Source: the human T2T-CHM13v2.0 reference genome, Homo sapiens. Taken from it: a stretch of DNA of 64,000 bases. Positions 17,640-34,428 of this stretch are shown here, piece by piece (the first letter of the stretch is position 1; every line of letters starts with the position of its first letter). Position numbers and translations under genes: made by a program. The DNA lies in assembly GCF_009914755.1 (NCBI RefSeq), contig NC_060941.1; one strand, given 5' to 3'. The notes under the pieces were generated by a model. The model saw only the letters and a program-made list of their open reading frames with translations. It searched no databases and was not told the DNA's origin.

Positions 17640-17792
17640 AATAGATTTGATAAGAGTGGCTTGGAGATACAATAGCCAATGTGGAAATCAAATAGATTTG
17701 ATAAGAATGGCTTAGAGATCCAATAGCCAATGTTGAAATCAAACAGAGTTGATAAGGGTGTCTTAGAGATCCAATATTCAATGTTGAAATCC
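17640..17792. repeat. Minisatellite, 3 x 51 bp
   Basis: Units start at 17640, 17691 and 17742; unit 2 is aatagatttgataagaatggcttagagatccaatagccaatgttgaaatca; 4 and 8 mismatches between neighbouring units. Confidence 0.9.
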
Positions 17793-18619
17793 CTATTTAA
17801 GCTTGTGTTAGCAGGTGTTGGAATTCAGGGAGCCCAGTTTTGGGCAGGAAAGTGGGCATGTAAGCAGAAGATGATAGAGCTTCAAGAGGGTGAGGTGTCC
17901 ATTTTCACATCTACACATAGCAAGTTCATAACTTGTTTACAGGGGTACAAACAGCAGTGTTCAGCTTCCAGAGAGAGATGGGGGCTGGCAGATCCAAGGC
18001 AGGTGTCCAAGTCCTAGCCAAGAGGGTATGCTTGAGTGAGGGCTAGAGTTGAGATGGGGAGCTTGCAAGGAAAAGCTGCTTTATTCAGGGTTTACCCCCA
18101 GCACACTCAATACCAGTTTCAGGGCAGAGATGTTATTTACACCTGCCATTAGACCTCAAAGGGAGAGTCTGAGGAAAGCTGGGGTCATTACCGATATTGG
18201 CAAGTGTTTAGATTTCACAGCACTCACGTGCTGGGACTTTGTGCACAAATAACCAAGGATCTGTCTGACTTGCAAACAGGTCCTACACTGATGCCAACTC
18301 TCTCAGAGTCAGACTTAATAAAAAAGTGTCTGGAGTTCAGGGCGCGGGTGTCTTCCATAGGCTATTTCAGAGCTGCTGGAGGCTGAGGACACATAACTCT
18401 TATAAAGCTTATGGGAAAATTTTTTGATTGAATTGGATCTGGAGACTGAGTCCAGTGAGAAGTTTTGATGGCGGGTTTCTTTTCCCAGTTGTCTCTTGAT
18501 GTGCTGTGGGAACTGAGCTTAATTAAAGACCTCATGCTGGAGATGGAGCTGTCCAGGAAACCTAAGTAGCCTCACATGCTCTTTCATAGTCATTGCCACT
18601 TAACACAGAGGAAAATCTG

Positions 18620-18642
18620 CCCCCACCCCCCACCCCCACCCC
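18620..18642 (-). other. Canonical G-quadruplex motif
   Basis: Minus strand reads GGGG-T-GGGGG-T-GGGGGG-T-GGGGG. Confidence 0.7.
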
Positions 18643-18775
18643 TTGGCCTGGATTGGGAATAGGACTCTTTTTCCTTTTTTTTTGCACCCAATTATGTGCT
18701 GCCTGCTTTGGGTCTGTTTGTAGTAAGATCTGGATCAGATCAGGTTGCGGCTCCGCTGTGCTCATTTGCTTAGTG

Positions 18776-18965
18776 CAGGGAATCTCAGTCCTGGCTGCAT
18801 GTTAGAATCACCAGAGGAGCTTCAGACGGCAATCCTACGCCTGGACCCACCACAAAGATTTTGATTTAATTGGTCTGTGGGCCTGGGTGTTTTTTGTTTG
18901 TTTGTTTGTTTGTTTGTTTTTTTAAGTGTCCCAGATTAGTGTAATTCGTATGAGGGTTGAGAGCC
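18776..18965. mobile_element. MER5B with internal (TTTG)n microsatellite
   Basis: cctggctgcatgttagaatcacc...gattttgatttaattggtctg. Confidence 0.7.
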
Positions 18966-19085
18966 TTAGTGAGAATCTCTGGGATAGTAACTAGGCTCTG
19001 AAAACAGTGGCTAGTTCAGAAAATGGCTGGAGTTAATTAAACGAGAAAAAGAAGGTTTTAAAAGGGGACATTTAAAAGGGGACAA

Positions 19086-19225
19086 TGCCAGACACAGTGG
19101 CTGACACCTGTAATCCTAACACTTTGGGAGGCAGAGCAGGAGGATCGCTTGAGGCCAGGAGTACAAGACCAGCCTGGGCACTATAGCAAGACCCTGACTC
19201 TATCAAAAAAAATTTATAAAAAATA
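19086..19225 (+). mobile_element. FLAM Alu monomer
   Basis: Left-arm monomer with A-rich tail. Confidence 0.8.
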
Positions 19226-19499
19226 AATTAAATACATTATAAAAAGGGGGGCCTACAGTCTGACCATCCTACAGTCTGACCTTACAGTCTGACCACCCTA
19301 ATGTGCTAAGGGAGTCATTTGAAACAGCCAAACTCATTAGAAAATACAGTTTTATTTGTTCTCCCACCAGTAGGCTGAGTGGTGGGAGAAGAGTTTATGT
19401 GTGGCAAAGCCATCTTAGGCCACTCTATAGAGGAGTCCACTTTGATATAGCTAATTTATTCCCAGGTCTCTCTTTCCTGTTCCAAACCAACATTTAATG

Positions 19500-21588
19500 C
19501 TGGTACTGTATTTTTACAGTACTTTATTGAGGAAAAATTTACATACCAAAATGCATACATCTTGAGTGTACAGCTAGGATGAATTTTTATCATGCGGCCA
19601 CCACCCATATGAAGATTTAGTTATAGAAATAGTTGCCTTGTGCCCCTTTCTAGTTGATAACCTGGCCAGCGTTAACCTCTCCTCTGATAAGAAATTCACT
19701 GTCATTTGTCTTGGCTTTCATAGACAAGGTATTGTTTTCTCTGGTTGTTTCAAGGTTTTTTCGTTCTCTTTAGTTTTCACAAGTTTAATTATGATGCATC
19801 TTGGAGCAGATTTCTTTGGGTTTATCCTGTTTGAGATATGCTAAGGTTTCTGAATCTGTAGTTTATGTTTCTTGCAAAATCTGGGAAGTTTTCAGCCATT
19901 ACATTTTCGAGTGCTTTTCCAGCCCCGCCTTCTTTTTCTACTCTTTTCAGGACTCCCATGACATGCAAGTGGGGTCTTTTGTTACAGTCCGATGTCCCCG
20001 AGTTTCTGTTCATTTCTTTTTTCAGCCTAGTTTTTCTTTGTTGAGGTTATGTAATTTCTACCTTCTTGTTCACCGATTCTTTTCTCTGTTCTCTCCATTC
20101 TGCCATTGAGGCCATCGACTGAGCTTTTTATTTCCGTTATTGTATTCTTCAGTTTTAAAATGTCCCTTTGGGTCTTTTTTATATCTTCTATTTTTTTGCT
20201 GAGACTTTCTATTTCTCTGTTAAGACTTTCAACTTTTTTCATTTGTTTCAAGAGTGGATGTAAATGCTTCACTGAAGCACTTTTAAAACCATTTTTATTA
20301 AAACAATAAAAAACAAAAGAGATGAAGTCTTGCTATGTTGCCCAGGCTGGTCTCAAACTCCTCCCACCTCCCAAATGTTGGGATTACAGTTATGAGCCAT
20401 CATATCTGGCTTGTTGAAGTACTTTTTAAAAAATCACGGTTGCATTAAGATCTTTGTTAGATTATTTTAACATCTCTGTTATTTTGGCATTGGAATCTAT
20501 TGTCTTTTTTTCACATTCAGTTTGAGATGTTCTTGATTCTTAGCATGGAGAGTGATTTTCTATTGAGACCTGATTTTCATATTATATCTTAAAACTCTAG
20601 ATCCTTTTTAAAACTTCTGTTTTAGTTGGCTTTCTCTGACATTGCTCTGGCTGGGGAAAGGGAAACACCAGCTCATCCTGACAGCTGAAGTTATAATTCT
20701 AGTTTCCCTGCTTAACCTCTGTGGACTGCCAGGGTGTGTGGGTGGTTTCTTGTTACCTCTGAGTAGGAGTGCAAGTGTAGGCTCCCTGTGTGGTCTACAC
20801 TGATCCTGTGGTCAGAGGAGGCTCATTGCGAGTTGTCAGGGATGAAAGTCGTGGTTTCTTGCTTGTCCTTCTCTGACCCTAACCTACCCTGGCAGGGGCA
20901 TTGGAGTGTTTTGTTGTAGTAAGAGTGGAAGCCCAGACTTTTCATTTGGACTTTACTGATGTGGGTGGAGTGTGCTCACAGGTTTTTTTTTTATGGTGTT
21001 TGATCGAAGCAAAGTCATTTTTGTCTTTAAGTTTTCTGTCTGCTAGGATGCCCCTTTTCTGCTTTTTTGGCTGCAGCGGTCAGGCTCTTGCCAAGGCTTT
21101 TGTTTTTTGTGCCTGTTGGCATTTCTGGATTGCTAGCTTTTTTTGGCTCCAAGTCAGATATAGGAGGCAAAAAGAAAAGCCACAGAACTCACCACTAACT
21201 CACTCCTTGGATCCTGGGGTCCTTAGCCAGTCTGCCTTTTATTCATCTTTCTGAATCTTTTTATATTTTACTTATATATAATGTTCAGTGTTTTTAGTTG
21301 TACTTAGCAGAAAAAATAGAAAAATGCTGGAGGTGGGAGTTTTATTTTTCCTTTATTTTTGAAGCATACTTTTGCTGGGTATAGAATTTAATGTTGACAG
21401 TTTTTTTCCTTTCAAGCATTTAAAATATATAATTCTATTGTTCTCTGGCTTCCACTGTTTCTAAACAGAAGTCACTCATTGTTCTTATTATTCCCCTGAA
21501 TGCAATATGTGTTTTTTTCTTCTGGCTGCTTTTAAGATTTTCTCTTTATCTTTGCTTTTCAACATTTGGCTGTGATATACTAGGTTTC
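19500..21588 (-). mobile_element. Old L1M fragments (ORF1/5' regions) with an Alu fragment at ~20290-20411
   Basis: Degenerate ORF1p-like peptides on the minus strand (LENVMAENFPDFAR; ILKLKNTITEIKSSVDGLNGR). Confidence 0.7.
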
Positions 21589-25000
<3,412 letters not shown>

Positions 25001-25209
25001 AGTCTGAAGTAGATACTATTTTCCCCTAAAAGAGATTGTTCTTTCCACCATCAGGTAGCTAGGGCAAGGATTGGTTTCCTTTATCTACTTAGAAGTTGAG
25101 CTGGTTTGGGGCTTATTTGTTGCTTAATTTGCTAAAGCACCCCTAGTTTTAAACATCTTGATAGTAATCAAGTCCCTCCCTGTGGCAGAGCTTTGGAATA
25201 TAAATACTG

Positions 25210-25269
25210 ACATACCTCATAGATATTGCAAGTTTGGTTCCAGACTACTGCAATAAAGTGAATATCACG
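25210..25269. mobile_element. Tigger1 terminal fragment
   Basis: catacctcatagatattgcaagtttggttccagactactgcaataaagtgaatatc matches the recalled Tigger1 end. Confidence 0.65.
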
Positions 25270-27239
25270 GAACTGTAATAAGTAGATATTCATCATAAGT
25301 GGTTTGAAACACTTTCTTCATTTTCTATTTACGGTAACATTAAGAATCGGAATTTAACAGCAGTGCCTTCTCAACACTCTATGGGTGAGATCTCTCTCCT
25401 TGAACTGTTTCCAAGACCCACACAGACCTGGAGAGCAGCCTAGTTCCAGTTCCTTTTATGAGGTGCACACAGAAGAGGGCGAGTCCACCATCAGGCTCTG
25501 CCATTGCTGCTGCTTCTTCATGTAACCTGCCTGTTTTATATCTGGTTGGTTGGCAATGATGTCATCCAATTACAGCCTTTCTGTTCTCCTTTTGGGTACC
25601 GAGAGTTGGTATGTCTAGATTCTCTAACAGAGACTTTACAAATAAACAAGTTCACAATAGAAAGATTATAGAACTCACAGGCATCCATTGACTTCCCTTT
25701 TGTAATTGGTGTGAATTAACAGGTTTTTTGGTCTTCTAGAGAATCTTTACCAAGTCCACAAAGGGTAGAAGTATTGTCATATGGCAGAGAGCCAAGGCTT
25801 CATCAAAAGCTCCTGTATTGTGATTAACTAAGTGTTGTCTCGATTCTAACTAGACTTAAATTCCTTGAAGGCAGGGACTGTGTTTAGTTCCCTCTTATAT
25901 TCCCTGTGCTTGGCCCAGAACAGGGACTCAGTAAATATTTATTAAGTGAATTGGGAAGAGGCTAATTTTACTTTCTAGGAATAGCAATGCATATGAAATA
26001 CAGGTACCAACAGTTTTGTAAAACACATAAAGTGAAAGGCCCAGACTGAGAGAGCAGCTAAAGGAATGGACCAAGAGGCTTATGCATCCCGCAAGAATTA
26101 TTGTGCATGGAGATTATTGTGCATGGATTTTCTGACTTGAGGAACTAATTCTATGCACAGACATATTTCAAAAAAGATAAAACTGCCAAGATAATGACTG
26201 GTACATTATGGAGACATTTTCTAAGCCATTATATGTTTCTAGGAAATTATCTATAGTAACTAGAGAACCAGACATGAATCTGCACTAATTTGGCCAAAAA
26301 GCAGGAAATATCGAGGACACCGTGTTATCCTGGGAGAAATCTTGAGTGTCTGTTTACTAAAATAGTTTTGAATGTATTAGATGCTCTGGATGAAACCAAA
26401 AGGCTAAGTGGGATAAATATGTGAAGGCCTAAATTCCTCCTTAAAATGGAATCAAGAATGATACAGCCAGAGAGAGTGTGTTATGGTCTTAACAAGGCAG
26501 CTGCTGACTTCATTGCCCCTTTGCAGATGTTGTCAGCCCTGGGTGCACGCCGACTGGGGAGGGGAGTATAGGTGATTACAAAGCTTTAAGCTATTCATTT
26601 TTTTCCTGTTTTGTGCTGTAATATTTATTTTATTCATTATTATTTTATTTTATTTTAGATTCAAGGGGTACATGGGCATGTTTGTTACATGGGTATATTG
26701 CATAATGTTGGGGATTGGTCATCTAAGTTACCCATATTATTTTTACTTTACTGACATTATTTTATACATAAAAGATTCAATAGAAGAAACTTATTGCTCT
26801 CTGAATTTCCCAAGAAATTATTATTTATTTTATTTTATGATTATTACCAAAATAATTCTGTTATAGAGGAGGGGGGTATTATAAAATAATTTGTCCCAGG
26901 TGTCAAATATGCTAAGCACGCCCCCTATCAGAGGCCATGGAATTTCTGCCCAAGTTGTGAGAAAATGGTGAAAAGGAGGGCTATTTCTCCGAAGAGAGAT
27001 GAGAACTTTTGCAGTTCGGTGCGTCTCTGGTAGTTAAGGTTAAGTCCATCACGTTAGAAGATTTTATCTTCCCCAGGTAATAATGTGTGTGTGTGTGTGT
27101 GTACTCAGATGGTTGATGGCCAATATCACAAAAAGGTGTGGTCTTCAAGATGATGAAGAGTTGTGCTGTTTATTTTTTAAGGGTATAACACAAAAAGGAA
27201 AAATGAGTAAGTGAATAAATAAAATGACTGAACAGTCAC

Positions 27240-27632
27240 TGTGAATTCTGGGAGCTCTTCAGCGTTGTAAGCCGGGTTGTGTCACCATATGACTCTCTCT
27301 GCCTCAAGAGGGAGCTATTTTCAGAGTTCAGTCCAGGCAGGAAGCGAGTCCACCCACGAAGGCACCACCCTGTCACCTGAGTACGTGGAAGGCAATCACG
27401 GGCAAGAGTCATTGTCAGCACTGAGTCCTCATGTTAGAGAGACGGAGGGCGGCAACATCACAGACACGGCCGCCGTGTAGCACAGGGGGCTGCGGAAAGC
27501 AAAACCTTTTGCAACTGCCGGTGAATAAAAACCTAATACAAGTGATGGTCGAGATGTGTCTTTGCTAGTTAACGTATGTCTCAAGAGCAACAGGAATCCC
27601 CACCATTCTAGCAATTACTTTTCCTTGTGAGT
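27240..27632. promoter_or_regulatory. CpG-enriched unique segment, candidate promoter/enhancer
   Basis: About 15 CpGs in ~340 bp outside any recognisable repeat; CTCF-like GCACAGGGGGCTGC; donor CTT|GTGAGT at 27627. Confidence 0.45.
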
Positions 27633-28539
27633 ATAACTGAAAAATTTAAGTGACTCTTACAAAAATGACTTACTGCTCACCCAATGAGCAATTTTTATTT
27701 TACACTGGCTATAAAATGTCCTGAAGCCATTTTACAAATTGCCTTTATTGTTATTATATAGAATGCATAGTGGAGTCTATTAGATTATAGATGCCAAATG
27801 TGACATTCCACCCTGAAATGTTTAATTCTCTGATAAGAACCATTACTTTCTGAGACATCTTCACTTTTTCTTCATTTTTATCATCAGCACCAGCAGCTGA
27901 TTTTCTTTTTGGGAGCCACTTTGCACACAGAAACGAAATTTCAGTTACTTCATAAAACTTATGGTGTACATGGCAACAAGGAGAGAATGACCGATTCATG
28001 TCGAAATGCAGATTTGGGAATCCAAGCAGGTTTACTCACTAGTTAAGTTGATAACTTGGCTCAGACCACTGATCTTGTAGAATATAGGATTGAAATTTGT
28101 GCCTCAAAAAACAAAACAAAACAAACTGCAAAATAGTAGATGCCCTAGGCCTTCAGTGCCATTCAAGCGTGGTCAAAACTATAAGTGTTAAACCCAAAAG
28201 GGCTTGCAGTTTGACAAGTCTTCTGGAACTTAAAAATTGTATGTTGAATGGCTGCAAAGGCAGAGGATAAGTCAAAAGTAGCATTTGCTAAGAGCAACCT
28301 AACTATAAACAAAAGGATTTAGGACAGATAAGAACACTTGTGAGTGTGCTGGTGGGGAGTCACCAGGTTTGTACGGTGTGGGAAATGGGTGACTCAGGAC
28401 GAGAATCCCCCACACATTCTCTGTTGTTTGTTGTGTATTGACAAGCAGAGTAATCCAGATGGTGTCCTTACCATGGAGAAGGAAGGTTGTTGACATTCTT
28501 AAGGAATTATTTTGTTGCCTTCATAAAGTTTCAAGGTTA

Positions 28540-28850
28540 CAGAATGTTGGTCAAAAGTACAAAGTTTCGGTTAGGAGGAATAAGTTCTATTGCATGGCAT
28601 GGGAACTATAGTTAGCAATAATGTATTCTCAGAACGTAAAGTAAAATTTAAAAAAAATATATTTTAAAATTGCTTAAAAAGTAGATTTTAAATGTTTGCG
28701 CCAGACCAAAAAAATGTGAAGTGGTAGATATGTTAATTAGCTTGATTTAATCTTTCCACAATGTATATATATATATATATCAAAACATTGCATTGTTCCC
28801 CATAGATATATACAATTATTATTTGTCAGTTAAAAATAACATTTAAAAAA
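28540..28850 (+). mobile_element. L1MA/MB 3' end
   Basis: aaagtacaaagtttc..ttaggaggaataagttc...tatgttaattagcttgatt...tgtcagttaaaaataa. Confidence 0.75.
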
Positions 28851-29174
28851 GAATGTCTTTAGGTATTCTATGCGGATAGCCAAACTGGATGAATCTGAAA
28901 TAATTGTTATGGCCAATATTCTGATCCATATCAGGAGCAAGTAAGAGGGTCCTCCTCTTTTTGCAGAATTTGGCTTCAGGGAGGTTTTGTTTTTCCTTTC
29001 CTCTCTGGGAGGCCTACCTATTACATACACCCTCCCAGCGGCATGTAGGGTGGAAACACTGAGAATAAGTTCTATTTGCGTACTTGTTTGACTTGCTTCA
29101 AGAAATTAAAATATCTGGGGATCTAAAGTTACACTGCAGCTCAGAGATTATTTATATAACAACAGGTTCCTTTA

Positions 29175-29507
<333 letters not shown>

Positions 29508-29978
29508 GTTTTGGCTTATGAAAAATCAATTTTTGAACATCTTTGCAGTGGCCAACGTTGCTTGTAGGGTCTAGCACATGTTTACTCAATGCCTTTCTCT
29601 TGCCTGGAATCCTAGGCTGCTGCTCTCTGTCCTCGTTGTGTTCCACATGGGATTAGGCCCTCCATCAACCCTGATGACAGTGATGCCAGCTGCCTCCTCA
29701 GTGACTCTTTCCCCCACAGTCTGGTATGGCTCAGGATCCTCAATTTCCCCCTCGCTCTTCAAGAATGAAACCTCATGTGCTCTGTGAACATTTTCCTCCT
29801 CCGTGCCCTGGTACCCAGGGAACCACTCTGGGCACTGCTTTCTGCACCTATCTGCTGCATCTGTCCTGCATTTGGGTAGAACCTCTAGACTCGATTTTGT
29901 TCTGTCTTCTCTGCCTGCTTTCTTAGACCTGATGATTCAGAAGGTTCCTTGCTTCTGAATGCTCTTTGTCTTTGCACA

Positions 29979-30653
29979 TGCTAGGCTCTGAATGTTTGTG
30001 TCTCCCACCAAATTCATACGTTATTAGCCCCCAGTGTGATGGAATTAGGAGGTGAATTAGGACATGAGGATGGAATTAGGTCATGAGGGTGGAGTCCTCA
30101 TGAATGGGGTTAGTGCCCTTATAAAAGAGGGCCCAGATGGCTGGGCGTGGTGGCTCACGCCTGTAATCCCAGGACTTTGGGAGACCGAGGTGGGGTGTAT
30201 CACCTGAAGTCAGGAGTTTGAGACCAGCCTGGCCAACAAGTGAAACTCCATCTCTACTAAAAATACAAAAAGTAGCCAGACGTGGAGGCACACACCTGTA
30301 ATCCGAGCTACTTGGGAAGCTGAGGCGGGAGAATCGCTTGAATCAAGAGGAAGAGGTAGATGTTGCAGTAAGCCGAGATTGAACCATTGCACTCCAGCCT
30401 GGGCAACAGAGTGAGACTCTGTCTCAAAAAAAAAAAAAAAAAAAGTGCCCAAAGAAGTCCCTTGCCCCTTCTTCCATGTGAGGACACAGCAGGAAAACAG
30501 CTGTCCATGAACTAGTAAGCAGGCCCTCACCAGACACTGAATTTGCTTGCCCTTGGACCTCTCAGCCTCCAGAACTGTGAGGAATACATTTCTGTGGTTT
30601 ATAAGCCACCCGGTCCGTGGCGTTTTGTTATAGCAGCCCGAATGGACTAAGAT
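29979..30653 (+). mobile_element. MaLR LTR, MLT1A-like, interrupted by Alu
   Basis: tgct...ctgaatgtttgtgtc start; ataagccacccggtc...tagcagcccgaatggactaaga end. Confidence 0.8.
30139..30443 (+). mobile_element. AluSx-like
   Basis: Dimer with A tail. Confidence 0.9.
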
Positions 30654-31499
30654 GGTACAGTTTTCCATTTCCTTGTGCTATCCATTTCACCATGTGGATC
30701 TGCCTTACCGTCACACCCACTTGGCATGCTCCTGAAATCCAGCCTGGGTGGAGCCCCCACTCATCTGGGAGGGAGCTTAGAGACCCTAAGTGGCCCTCCA
30801 GATATTTGTGGTTTCCAGTTACATTGACACTCCCCTGGGGTGGGGCCAGGACCATGCAAGAGCACACGGTTGAGGGAAGCAATGCAGCGGCTGCTCGCCT
30901 GAATTCTCAGGAGCACTGGCCAGACCCCCGGCAGCACACACCTCACTCTCATTTCCAAATGTGGACACTGCTGGAAACATTAGCATGAGTGGAATTCTGC
31001 ACCAGGGAGGGACATCCATTCTCATTTCATTCACATACTTAGATATTAGTTGTAAGTAAGTCTTGGTACAATGTCAGCTTCTCAAATTGGGAGTAAGAGA
31101 ATCTACTACCTATTGTATAGAGTGTGTGTTTGCTTGTGTGTGTATGTGTGTGTGTGCACGTGTATATGTATTCTGGAGTTTTCCTTTTCACATCAGCGAT
31201 TTCAGATTTGAAGACCATAATGGAATCTGATCTTCTTGGCTGTTAGGGGGCTTTGGAAGGCTCCTGAGAGCAGAGATTGGTGTTTTCTGAGTTGATGGCT
31301 AACAGGCTGTGGAAGATCGTCAATTAGAGACTGAGTTGGCCTGCCACGCTGATTACCCTTTAGACTTCATTTCAGGTGAGGTGAAAGGCAAGCCATGCTG
31401 TCCTCAGGCCAGTAGAATTCGACCGCTTTTAATTCAGCTATGTTTTGGAACAGGGAGCTGCTAAAAAGACTTTGCTTCCTTTGAATATCAGTTGATACA

Positions 31500-31950
31500 G
31501 AAACTAAAAAGGAAAAAATAGCTTCACTTGAGATCCAACACCCTCAATCTAGTCAAGGGAAACAGTTAATAACTGAATAAATTAGTAAATTGTATAGTGA
31601 GCTAGATGGCACTGAGTGTTATGACAGAAAAATAAGCAGAGGTTTGGGGAGTGCTTGGGAAGGGTGAGATATAAAATAGGGTGGTCAGAGCAAGCCACAT
31701 TTAAGTCTTTGGAAAAAGAGAATGGTGAGCCATGTGGCTATCTGGGGAAAGGTGTTCTGGAGAGAGGGCCCTGCCAGTGCAAAGGCCCTTAGGTGGGAGC
31801 ATGTCTGGATTTGGGGAACAGCAAAAACAGTGGCTGGGGCATAAGGAGTGAAGGGGGTAGGACATAAGGTCAGAAACTTAATGTTGGGGAGGGACTCATT
31901 GAATAAGATGGGCAATCCATTGGAGGGTTTGAGCAGAGGAGTGCAACACC
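31500..31950. mobile_element. LINE-2 fragment
   Basis: gagccatgtggctatctggggaaag...agtgcaaaggccct...ccattggagggtttgagcag typical of L2. Confidence 0.65.
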
Positions 31951-33548
31951 CAGGAGAAGCTGAATGTGACACATGGATTTCCGTTCAGGCCTTTGACTAC
32001 TCTGGACTTTGCCTCCTAGACACATCAGTTTGGGGGATAGAACTAAGATCATCATTTAGCAATAATGAAACTATATTTCTCTGGTTCTGTCCTGATGTGC
32101 TTTGTCAGAATTCCAGCCCATCCTAAAAGGTATTGCAACGAGTTCAGGAAGACTACGGCATCTTCAAGTGTTCACTTACCCAGCCCTCTGAGCTATCATG
32201 TTCTGCTGTTTTCCTTTCTGCCTGCTCTGGTTGCTACAAGGGAGTTTCCTCTGGATCTTGACATTTCAATGTTCTCTTGTCCTCTCATAAATCTCCATTC
32301 CAGGTTATGCTGGTCTGGCTCACTGCATCAGTCATGGTTCATAGTTGAAAGTAATGAAACCTACCCTAGTTAATTTAAGCAGAAAAGGAATTTGTTAAAG
32401 GATACCAGGTTGTTTAAAGAATCATAGAAGAGATCAGAGAATCAGGCTTTGAGCAACACAGCTAGAAACAAAACCCAACTACATGGGCTGACTGCTCACT
32501 TCTCCTGCTGTGTAGGGGCAGTGTGGCTCATGATGCCAATGCTGGGCCTGGCACGCTGACTGCTAAGACCTTTGCCATTGCTGCCTTTGAGGGCCAGCTG
32601 TAGCCCTGCCATGCTTTCCCATTCTGCCAGAAGGGCTCCCATATGGTGCCTCCTTCTTCACGTCACTTCTCTTCATACTGAAGCCTGTGCTCCATGCCCT
32701 GGCTGCAAAGAAGACTGGGGAAGCAAGAATCTGACTTGAGGAGAAAGTAGTACTCTAGTGGAAACTTTCCTAAACTCAGGAAGGCTATTCACACAGTTCT
32801 GGATACCAGAAATTATGAAAAACCTCCTTGGTACTCACTGTTCAGGCTGTTGGGCCTGTTCTGTGCTTCAACAATGGCTTTGAAATGGAGATGATGCCTT
32901 TCACCCCTCATTAACGTGTTAGGCTCCCATCTTCTTACATAGATTTATTATTGTAATTTTAAAAATTACTAGATGGAGGAAAAAGAGCCTACAAAGAAGT
33001 CCTACTCTTTAGAAGAGTATTTTTATTTTTGTTGAAGAAGTACATGCCCGTAATTTAAAAAAGTCAAGTAGTGCTAAAATACTTATTTAAAAAATACCCA
33101 GCTTTCCCCCGCTTAACAGCCTTCCTCCATCTTTCCAGAAGTAGTCACTTTTAGCTTTTAATCTTTTTTCTTGTGATATTTACCCTGATATTTCTAACTA
33201 ATACAGACATGCTGCTCTCTCTTCATTAATCACTTCTAGACAGTGTTTATTATGGGGAGATGAGACTTTCAAATCTCTATTACCACTTGATATCTCCCAC
33301 CCTCCCAATATAATTAGAAGACTACATAACCATAGTAAAGTCCATATTTACTGTTCTTAGCATATTGTTTGATCTTACTTATTCTGGCTAAGAGTATATT
33401 ATTTTACTTCCTTCTTGAACAACTTATTTTTCCAAAAATTGATAAGTATCTCATTTATTTTTACTTTTATTTTCTGGAATCTTGGGCTAAATCTTTCCAT
33501 ATCTTGCCACAGTTCTATAAAATTCCACTCAATTCAATTTTCTACATG

Positions 33549-34428
33549 TGTTACAGGACCAACACCTTTATATGCGTGCTATACAGTAACAGACCAATAC
33601 GCTGAGACAGCAGGGTTTGAAGCAGAGAGTTTAGTGATTTCAGGGTGTCAAGTGAGGAGATGGTAGGAGACCCTCAAATCCATTTGTCCAAGGAATTCTG
33701 GGCTGGGGCTTTTAAGGGGATTATGGAAGGTGAGGGGTTGGAAAATCAGTGTCATTGATTTGTTGGGGTAAAGGGAATGAAATCATCAGGATGTGGAAAC
33801 TACACTCTTTTGGGTGAGTCAGCTTCTCATGGGGTCCTTCAGACCAGCTGATGTCAGTAATTTCACTGATACACAGGACATGAAAGAATATCTCAAGTGG
33901 AAAAATTATCATTTTATAATGTTTAAGTTGTTATCTATAGAGTAGTTCATGGGTACTATAATCTTTTTTTAAATTATTATACTTTAAGTTCTGAGATACA
34001 AGTGCAGAACATGCAGGTTTGTTACATAGGTATACACGTGCCATGGTGGTTTGCTGCACCCATCAACCCGTCATCTACGTTAGGTATTTCTCCTAATGGT
34101 ATCCCTCCCCTAACCCCCCACTCCCTGACAGGCCCCGGTGTGTGATGTTCCGCTTCCTGAGTCCATGTGTTCTCATTGTTCAACTCCCACTTATGAGTGA
34201 GAACATGTGGTGTTTGGTTTTCTGTCATTGGAACTATAATCTTGCAACAGGTTCTGAAGCTATAGCAGTGATTCTGAAGCAACAGGCACCAAAAAGACTA
34301 TGAGAAAGCAGATCAAAGAGCAAGCTGACCTAATGATTAATGCTGAATGTGCTGCAAGCCTGGTTTATTTTAGTGTCTCTTCCTATCCTTCCCTGATGAA
34401 TTTTATAAAGTTTATAGGGGTAATTTCT
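33549..34428 (-). mobile_element. ERV1 MER4-group solo LTR (LTR49-like), interrupted by an L1PA fragment
   Basis: Reverse complement starts ..ccctataaactttataaaattcatcaggga; ends ggtcctgtaaca. Confidence 0.7.
33966..34225 (-). mobile_element. 5'-truncated L1PA (PA7/8-like) 3'UTR
   Basis: L1PA 3' end; TSD actataatctt at 33955-33965 and 34232-34242. Confidence 0.88.

Noticed and set aside
17640-17792. CRISPR-like array or 17-aa repeat protein (ORF 17596-17781)
   Set aside because: Units are contiguous with no unique spacers, there are no cas genes, and the context is eukaryotic; the short ORF is a by-product of the 51-bp period
26097-26127. Tandem duplication of attattgtgcatgga (similar 14-mer duplications at ~19057-19084 and ~48344-48371)
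   Set aside because: Ordinary two-copy slippage duplications with no further signal
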